Below, piece by piece: positions 51,231-64,000 of a DNA stretch of 64,000 bases; position 1 is the first letter of the stretch, and each line of letters begins with the position of its first letter. The notes below the pieces were generated by a model. It did no database searches, was not told the origin of the DNA, and saw only the letters and a program-made list of their open reading frames with translations. This stretch comes from the human T2T-CHM13v2.0 reference genome, Homo sapiens. The DNA lies in assembly GCF_009914755.1 (NCBI RefSeq), contig NC_060935.1, one strand, 5' to 3'. Made by a program: the position numbers and the translations under genes.

Positions 51231-52589
51231 TTTATAGTTAATATATAGAAGGACTCTGAAAGGGCCTGAGAGTCTCCCAGCCACGCCTTGTTTGTTAGAG
51301 TTGATCCAAGCCTCTAAAAGAAAGAATCAGAGGCAGAAACAAGAGTGAAACTGGAAAGAGAGTTCCTTCCAGGCTGTCATATCAGCTGTGAGAAGCATTT
51401 GCCACTTGTACCACCCCCCACCTATCCTCCTCCAGGCAAGCCGGGGCTGTTTAAATTCAGATCAAACGACAAGTTGCTTGCAAAGGGAAAAAAATAAAGC
51501 AGCAGACAGACATCACCCACGTAGCTGGAAAGTGGGCAGAAAGAACCCTGGACCATAGTTTCTGATTGGCCACGGGTGTGACCTGCATCCAAAACATCTC
51601 CACGTTCCTGAAAGCACAGTCCCTCTGGTGGGGGAGGCAGGAAGAGCTCCTCATTAAGCTAATGGACCACTAATTCATTTCCAGGTGAAGAGAAGGGGCC
51701 TGCAGAGCTGCCTCATTTGCCTTGTCTAGAGGGTCATTAAGATGAAGGGTGGCAGGCTCTTGAGACAGAGCCAGCAGTGACAGCTGCTGGCTGTCGGGAG
51801 GGCACGGGGAGTCTGCAGAGGATTCCAGAGAGAGACTGATGCTGCAGACTTTTCACTGACACGGTGCAACTGTTGACCAGATGTAGACATAGAACATACC
51901 AGAGCTTCATGTCAGGGATGCAAGATACCTGTGCTGCAGCCCTCAGTGACCTTCACTCGCTATGTATTTAAGCAAATGTCCCTCTAAAGAGGCCCGAGCA
52001 CATGAGACTGGCTTGTTTCCAAAATCCTGCCAAGGAGGGGCTTCCTGTTACTGGGACTCCAATATGCGTCTTCCTTTCATTCCTCTTACCAGCATTCTTC
52101 CCAGGGATTTTCAGAAATGTCATAGACTTATTGCTTTTATTCACATATTATGTTATCAGGAACACTTCTCTTATCATTAATATTTTAATAAGAAAATAAT
52201 GTTTCATTTAATACCTGTTATGGATGACATCTCATCTCTCATTCAACTTTTTCATTTTTTCACATTTTTACCTTGTGATGTGATAAACATCACTGTTCAT
52301 AGTCTTCACACACTTTATTTTCCTAGGATACATCCTCAGAGGTGAAATCAACAGTATGCAAATCCTCACCTTTGTTTCACAATCTACAGTGAGCCACGGC
52401 TACCACAGCCCTGCAAACACAGTGCCAACTGTAGAAAATCCAGGGGTTCATGGCATGGTGTTCCACACTGCTTGACCAACTTTGAGCAATTTTCTTAACT
52501 TATATGCTGTTTCGTTTCCATCTCTGTAAAATGGGTATATTAATATCTAGCTCACTGAGTTTCTGAGAAAATCAAACCATTAAATGAGA

Positions 52590-55500
52590 AAACCCACATG
52601 ACTGCTATCACTACAATAGATGCAGATAAAATACCTGACGATATTTGATACCAATTGTGAGTTTTTAGAAAAATCTACTAGAAGATGAGGAATAAAAGAA
52701 AAAATCCTATCTCCTAATTCAATAAGAAATATTTACCAGAAAATGAAAGCCAATCAAATATGAAATGGTGACATAGCGGAAGACTCATTAAAGTAAAGAA
52801 GCTCACTTTTCAGCATCACTAAGCAGCATTGCAATTGGGTCCTACATAGTACAATAAGAAAAAAATAAAATAAAAATACTGCCGAGAAGCAAAACTGTCA
52901 TTATTTGTTAAATATATTATTGTCTACCTGAAAAGCCCAAAAGAATACATTTTAAAACTATTAGAATTAATTGACAACAGTTCATTAAAATGACCAGACA
53001 TCAGATGAAAATCAAAATCATTGGAATGTCCAGCAATATTAAATTAGAATGTTGTAATAGAAGCAGTCACAGTAATAGGAAGAATTTTATGAAACACTCA
53101 TGAATAAACCTAACATGAAATTTGCCAGGACTATGTGAGCCAAACTATACAGCTTTACTGAAGAAAACAGAGACCTTGCTAAGTAGAGAGGCAAATACTC
53201 TCCCTCAGTTAATCGACAAACTCAGTAAATTCAACCCCCACAGACATTTCTATAGGATTTTTAATAAAATTTATAAGTTGATTATGAAATTACTCTGGAA
53301 GATAAAGTTGAAAGAATAGCTGACAAAATATTGAAAAAAAAGGAGTGCAAGTGGAGATTCACCTGACAGAACACACAAACATCTTATAAAGCTATAGTAA
53401 TTAAGATAGCATGAAAACGCCACAAAAATATTCAAATAAATGAATGGAACCCACATTCATGTGGGAATTTAGTATGTGATAAAGGTCATGTTTCAAGTTA
53501 GGGAGAAAGGTATGAATTCTTTAACAGCATTAAAGCCATTAACCATTAATAAGAAGAAATATAAGTTATGAACTAATTGATAATGTACAGAAAAATAAAT
53601 TCCAATCAATACCAAAGCTAAGCCTAGAAAACAAATCATATGGATGTCAGAAATGATTATAGGATAAGATGTTTGTAATCATGAAATAAAAGATGCTTTC
53701 TCCCCTTTGGAACCAAGATGCAGAGAATTCGGTTAATCAAACGCCTTAGTTGATGGACGATTATCCTCACAATCTGTACAAGATTTCTTCTGGCTATGTG
53801 TAGTCGTTCTTCTTTCCTGATCACCATTCCACTTCCCCCACTCCCACAGGCGCCCACTCTAATGAATTTACATTACATTTTTTACATGCATCTATAAATG
53901 TATACCAGTGGAACTGAGCTATAGATATTGTTCTGATTTTTACATTCTGTTCTCAACTCTGTGTTGTTAGCTCCCTATCACCCATCACATTTGGCCTATT
54001 TATTCATCTAGAGATGAACATGCAGGTTGCCTTTAACTCTGCTGCCACAAAAAAGGCTGCCATGAGTAGTGCAGAGCATGCCTTTTTACATAGTCATGCG
54101 TGCGTTTCTGTAGGGTACACACCAAGTGGGACCTCCAAGTCCTGCACAATTATCAGGATGGCCGCAGCACACTCTAGTCCTGCTGGCGGTGCATGTGTTT
54201 TCCCATTTTCTTACATCCTCAACAACAATTAGGATTATATAACTTTTAAATTCTTGCTAATCTAATAGGTATAACATTATATCTCATTGCTGTTTTTATT
54301 GTCATTTATCTAGTGAGCAGTAGGATTGAGTATCTCTATTCAGATTGCTAGCTATTTGGTTTTCTCCTTCTGTGAATTGCTATTTATATCCATTGCTCGT
54401 TTTTCTATTAGGTTTCCCAATATTTTTTTTCTGGCTGACTTGTAAGAATTCTTTGTGTGAATTATATATTAATCTCTTGTCAATTTCTCTTTTATCTTGC
54501 AAATATCCTCTATCAATCTGTCATCCATCTGTTAAAGTTGTTTATAGTTTTCTTCATTGATCAGAAATCCTTAATATGTATGTGGTCAAAGGTCTAGTTT
54601 CTTATGCTAGATACCAACAGGAATGGCCAAAGAGGAGAGATGATCAATACACCTACCAAAAAAAAAAAAAAAGCCTGCACAATTAAAAGCAAAATTAACA
54701 AATTAGTTGCACAGTGAGAAGACACTGTGACATATATAATAATTTGCAGAATAATGGACAAACGACTGCTATCCAGTTTGTATGTAAGCACCAACAGTTC
54801 AAATAAGCAAAAGAAGACTAAACTAATAGAAAAGAAGAACAAATTCTGTGACTAGAAAATGTGCAGAAGGGGAAGTGTATACATCTAATAAACACGTGAA
54901 AAGATGCTGATTAAATCAAGGGAGATGCCATTTTGTGGTCATCTGAGTGGCAAAAACATAAATAAATAAATAAATAAAAAGGTACAGGGTAAAGAGGATG
55001 CTCACATGTTGCTGGTGGAAGCATCAACTGGCCATGCTGCCTGGAAGGGCAAGTAGAGAGCACCTATTCAAATTTAACATGTACATAACCCTCTGCCCTG
55101 GCATTCCCCATGTGTGGGTTAATGTGTACTGCGGCATTGTTTGTAAAAGGGAAAAATTAAAAACAGCTACAGTCATTGTCATAAAGAAAAAAATAAGCAA
55201 GCTACTATACCACAAACTATGGACTACTCTGTATGAACTAAAAGGAAATAGGTCCTGTGTTTTATATGCATTGATATGGGATGATCTCTATGATGTATTT
55301 ATTGTAAAGTAACAAAAAGCAAGTTTAGAATACGTACAACATTATTTACCACAGAGTAAGCAAAAACTTAAAAAGAAAAAAAGATCCACAAAACTAGATG
55401 TCATATAAATACCTAAGATGTAAGGTCAACAAGTCTAAAGAGCTAAGCTACAACATGAAGACTGTAGATAATAAAATTGTACTGTATGTGGGATTTATGC

Positions 55501-55700
55501 TGAATCCATAGATTTTAGCTGCTTTTGCCACACACACAAAAAAAACCGGGTAACTATGTATTTAAGATGATGGATACATCAATTTGCTTCACTGTAGTAA
55601 CCTTTTTACTATTTATCTATATATTTCCTAACATCATATATTGTATACCTTACACATATACAACAAAATTTATTTTAAAAAATAAATTTTGAAAAAGCAG
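52590..55700. mobile_element. Mosaic of old L1M fragments: sense ~52590-53720, antisense ~53760-54590, sense ~54600-55330, L1MA-type 3' end ~55420-55685
   Basis: Decayed ORF2 motifs (tagatgcagataaaata; tattattgtctacctgaaaagccc), A-rich/T-rich strand switches, and an L1MA-like 3'UTR (gtaactatg...gatggatacatcaatttgctt). Confidence 0.6.
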
Positions 55701-56128
55701 GATTTTGAAAGAATCTACATCAAATTTATAGTTTTCTTTGGTGAAAACAGTTGATTTGGGTAGAGGGATAATGAGAACTTTCACTTTTCTCTGTGTTTGA
55801 TACTTTTAACAATAAGAATATTTTCATGTTCTACTTATATGAATAAAAAAATTTGAAAATGATTTTAACCAGATTAAATGAAATCATTAAATGTAAGCCC
55901 TTTGTGAGCTGAAAAATACCACAAAATGGATCAGCATAATTAAGGAAAGATAGAATATAGAACAAGATTTAATCAAGTTATAAGGACTTTCTGACATTAA
56001 AATTCAATTATTACAATTGCTGCCTAACTTACTTCTGAGTTCTTTAGCCAAAGCCAAAGTAGAAAACTGGAGAACGATGTTCATTTAACTTGGATTCTAA
56101 AATTCAAAGCTTCTAAATTACCCAAGTT

Positions 56129-56442
56129 CAAGGGCTAGCCAACTACAACCCACATGTAAAATCTAGCTTGCAGCCTGTTTCTCTACATACCCCAGGCTAA
56201 AAATGGATTTTACATTTGTAAATGGTTTTAAAGAAACTAAAAGAAGAAAAATATTTTATTACATCAGAAAAGTATACAAAATTCAAGTTTTAGTGTCCAT
56301 AAATATAGTTTTATTGGAACACAGCCATATCAACTCATTTATGTATTATCTGTGGCTGTTCTCATGCCAGCAGTGATACTGGACGACCTGCGAAGTCTCA
56401 CATATTGTCTGTCTCTTCATAGAAAAACTTTGCTAATTCCCT
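56129..56442. mobile_element. MER58B-like (hAT-Charlie) transposon
   Basis: cagggctagc-like start, gtgtccataaatatagttttattggaacacagccat core, tttgctaattccctg end. Confidence 0.75.
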
Positions 56443-57429
56443 GCTACAGGTCGTCTTTCTGGATTAGCAGCTTACTTTTGGGATTATATCAAGCTTGGCA
56501 TAAAAACTTGCCATTCACATTTGCTCCCCGCATTGAAGATGTCAAATACTTTAAATAGCTATTTATAATTTATAAATGCGATAAATGTTCACATTCCTTT
56601 CTCATTTCCTCATGTTCAACTCATCTACTCTGTGTCTATTTTAACACAGAGGGGAATTATCTGCTGAAGGAGAGCATGACTGCGGGTCAGTTCTACTTCT
56701 ATTCTTCCTCAATTATCTGCACCTAGGGAGAGTCTCTCCACGATCCTGAGTGACTAAACCCAAGGCACCACCGTACACCTTGGAGAAGCAACGTGGCATC
56801 TCAAATGATCCTGTAGCAAATGCCAGCTCTAGCAAGTTTTTCTTTACTGAGGGCCATGGGACTTCAGAGAACCTGATGAAACCTATGGGGTCTCCCCTTA
56901 CCATAATGCAAGTGTGTGCGTACAAAATTGGGACTAACACTTTAGGGCATTAATAAGTTCTCTGAAGCCCATCCTCAGACCTCTAGGTGCCCATAGATCC
57001 AAAGTGTAAGAGCCCTGAACTATAGGGCTTGCTTACAAAAGGATGGAAATGGTCTTCCCCCGTTTCTGTAATTCCACAAAACTTGAGTATCCCACTTTGA
57101 GCACATAAAGGAAATGTAACACACACAACAAGGCTCTAAGAAGACTGAAAATCTCTCTGTTCCACCTGCTGCTATTGCCAACCAGTCCCCTCTTCTGGCT
57201 TCTGCCTCAGTAGACTGGGAAACGCTTGCGGCCTTCAGTGTTCCAGTTGCCGCCTGAAAGGGGGAGAGAAGAATCTAGGGAATTGTGATCATTAGGTATA
57301 AATAAAACTGTTTAATGACAAACTGACTTTAAAGTTTTCAAAAAAGAGCTAAATTTTTTTTCAGGAAAAGTTGACTGAAAGTGTGTACACCATCAAGCTG
57401 CAGGGCCAAGTGAAAGGCTGTGAATCTGT

Positions 57430-57471
57430 GAAAGCACCCAGTGTGTCTACGAAAGCACCCAGTGTGTCTAC
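57430..57471. repeat. Perfect 21-bp tandem duplication
   Basis: GAAAGCACCCAGTGTGTCTAC twice. Confidence 0.96.
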
Positions 57472-57714
57472 ACCAGGCTGGGCAGCAGCAGCCCCCGAGG
57501 AAGGTTTCCCAAAATGCAGATTTACCGTCCCACCTCAGACACACTGAACGAGAATCCCTGACAGACACAGACAGGAAATGCGCACATATACATATGCATA
57601 TGCATAGCCATATACACTTTAAAATAAGACTCCCAGATGACTCTCCAGCCAGCACAAGTCTGTAGACATGCACAAAGAAACCACTGAAAAACACAGTTAA
57701 TATACAGACCTATA

Positions 57715-57759
57715 TTCACAAAAAGAAATGCTTCATTGGTCAATTCTATGAAATGTCTA
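57715..57759 (+). repeat. 45-bp exact copy of 59536-59580
   Basis: TTCACAAAAAGAAATGCTTCATTGGTCAATTCTATGAAATGTCTA at both sites, 1821 bp apart. Confidence 0.96.
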
Positions 57760-57960
57760 GGGTGGTTCAGTGAAAAGAATAGTGAACAAAGAGTCAAAAA
57801 ACTTGAGTTCCAGCCCTGTCCCTGCCATTAATTTGTTTTGTGACCTCACAGAGCTTTCTTCACTTCTCTAGGTCCTACTTTCTTCATCCAAAAAAAAAAA
57901 AAAAAAGAGGAGAATGGACTAAATAATATCTAAAGGCCCTCCGATTTCCAAAATTCTATT
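57760..57960 (+). mobile_element. MIR/MIR3-like with internal poly-A
   Basis: aacttgagttccagccctgtccctgccatta...tgtgacctc...cttctctaggtcctactttcttcatc. Confidence 0.6.
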
Positions 57961-58179
57961 ACCTCTTATCCACCATCATCTGTAAGTCCCACTTAATGGA
58001 AAGACTGAATCAATTGCAAGCAAGTTCTAGAATATGAGTTATAAAGCTTTGAATGGATGCTCAGATATAACCTGACCTTACTAAGTCTGGAAAAAGAAGG
58101 TTAAGGAAATAACTGTAGTATGATAGACAGAAACTTATCAGGCCCAAGAAGAGATGCTTTGAAGTGCAACATAAAACAA

Positions 58180-62075
<3,896 letters not shown>

Positions 62076-62077
62076 AT

Positions 62078-62080
62078 ACA

Positions 62081-62116
<36 letters not shown>
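62078..62116. repeat. (CA)n microsatellite at the L1MB tail
   Basis: Direct inspection. Confidence 0.93.
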
Positions 62117-62120
<4 letters not shown>

Positions 62121-64000
62121 ACGGCAGCAGCAGAGGAAAGCTGCTGTTGTCCAGCCAGCCTCACACAGCCCATCAGAACTGTAGTGGCTCTCAGTGCTCA
62201 GGGCTGATGGAGATGAGATAGGAAGCTTCCAAAAAGGGAAAGATGCTGTGAGTAGCAACAGCTATCTTAAAAGTGGAAAACCCGAGTTGTGTGCACAACA
62301 CAGGAAGAGCCAGTGCCACCATCACACGTTTAGCCACACCTCTTTGCGGGGAGCAGCTCCTCTCTGGGTGTCACTTTACATATATACAGGCACGTCAAAG
62401 ACTGGAATGACAGCCACCTCTGTCCAATCCACAGCCTACAGTTTATGAATATTTCTTCATTCATCAACTTACCAGTTTTATAACATCCCTGACATGATGA
62501 TTTCCATTTGAATTTGTGGAAACCGAGGCTCCGGAGGTTTCAGAGACTTGACTGTGAAGACTCACCAACGGCCCTGAAATAGAACCTGAAACCAAGGCCA
62601 CCCCGATCGTGGATGGCAGGACATAATTGTGCTGCTGGACAGCTAAGAATCCAACAATTTGTTAAATTAAATCATTTCCCACCTCCCGCCCCCCGCCCCC
62701 ACCCTGGCTTAGCAGGAAAAGATTTAGGCCATTTTCCAGCTGTTTATTCCTCTCTCCTAATGCCCTGTGCTGCCATCCTCAAAAACAATAGATCTGCACG
62801 CAGGTCAGAATGCCTGCTCCAGAAAGAGCTCTGCCTGCAGGCCAAGGGCCCAGCCAGTCCGGCCCAGCCTCGGTTCCCTGCACATGGAACGCAGCATGTT
62901 ACGGCCCACAAGAGCTGTGTCTGCTTGTGAAGAAAGGTCACCCAAGATAAGCACCCATTCGTGTCTGCCCCTCCAGGCTCTGACAGCATCCACGCACTCC
63001 GCCACAGCCACCTGCATCATTCCTGGCCTATTTTAAGGGTCAGGAACGGCACACTTCAGCCACTGAACTTCAAGAGGGGAAGTGAGGCAGAAGAAATTCC
63101 AAAACAGCAGTTTTGAGGATCCTAAAAAGGGCAGTAAATCAACCTTCTCACAGGGTTTCTCTGCTGGAGGTTCACTGACCTTCCATCATGGTGGGGAGGA
63201 AATGCGGTCATTTTCCCCATTTTGTGTAAGAGACACTGAGACACGGAGACTCACACAGGGCCATACAGAAAGTTGCAAAACTGGGATGAGTTTATGAAAT
63301 ATGTGGGGTTTGGAATTACAAACCCACCTGGGTGGACTCTGGCAGATCTCTTACCATCCTAGTCTCCAGCCTCTCACCTGTGAAATAAAAAAAACTCTCC
63401 CATTGTGGCAGAGCTGGGGGCTCCTTGTCTGTGTGATGGCACAGGCCCTTGATCTCCAGGAGAGTTGGAGAAAGGGCCGCAGCCTTGGCTTGACAAGCCC
63501 CTAGCAGGACAGTGGTGGACATTCCGCTGGAACATGAGACCCAAGGACCTGATTCTCACCTTGACTGGCGCACCCCTTGCCGTCGCTCTTCCCTGCCCCA
63601 ACTGCTGTCCTCCCCGAGCTCACTGCTGATGGAAGACACCTAACCACTGTTGCCCCCAGCTCTCCAAGAGCCTCAAGAATCTTTCTACCACTACTGGAAA
63701 CTGACAATTCCTGAATACCTGTGTTCCAGATGCCATGCTGGGCCTTCAGCTAGCAAGTGATAGAGTTAGGATTTGATTCCGGTTTTGTGTCCTGAAAAGC
63801 TCCAAAATGTTCTGATCTACTCCATCCTACATTTTCTGTATACCCATCTGGTGATCCCAGTATCACCCCTTGCACCTGGAACAGGTAAGTATATGAGGGG
63901 CTGTGGGGCCTATGCAAGGGCACTCTGCTCTGATAGGCCTGGGCTCTTAAGCTGTGGAGGTGCCTCTGTTTCCAACTGAAGGAATTATGGGGAGGGCGGA

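Noticed and set aside
57594-57605. Perfect POU MORE palindrome ATGCATATGCAT
   Set aside because: Lies in low-complexity CA/TA sequence, probably inside a decayed MER5-like element; likely chance.

Overview
Primate, almost certainly human, non-coding DNA (intergenic or deep intronic); a human-type AluYa5 supports this. I found no supportable host protein-coding exon, tRNA or rRNA and could not identify the locus. The window starts in the 3' half of a deleted-type HERV-H provirus ending in a 3' LTR7 (1-2243). It contains a full-length but dead L1PA2 with a 16-bp TSD and an open antisense ORF0 (10349-16376), a 5'-truncated L1PA4-like element, about ten Alus, old L1M/L2/MIR/L3 fragments, solo LTRs (LTR16C-, MLT1A-, MLT2A2-like), hAT DNA transposons and microsatellites. 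The most unusual signals are local copying events seen directly in the sequence: (i) a 216-bp direct duplication bracketing the truncated L1 like a giant TSD (42658-42873 / 43825-44040); (ii) a ~120-bp segment copied from 35862 into the middle of a MIR at 34396; (iii) an identical 45-bp piece of a decayed L1MB copied 1.8 kb upstream (57715 / 59536); (iv) a 32-bp-stem hairpin of pre-miRNA size in unique DNA (39605-39679). I found no evidence of a new multi-gene system. Repeat subfamily calls come from recalled consensus sequences, not a search, and old-repeat boundaries are approximate.
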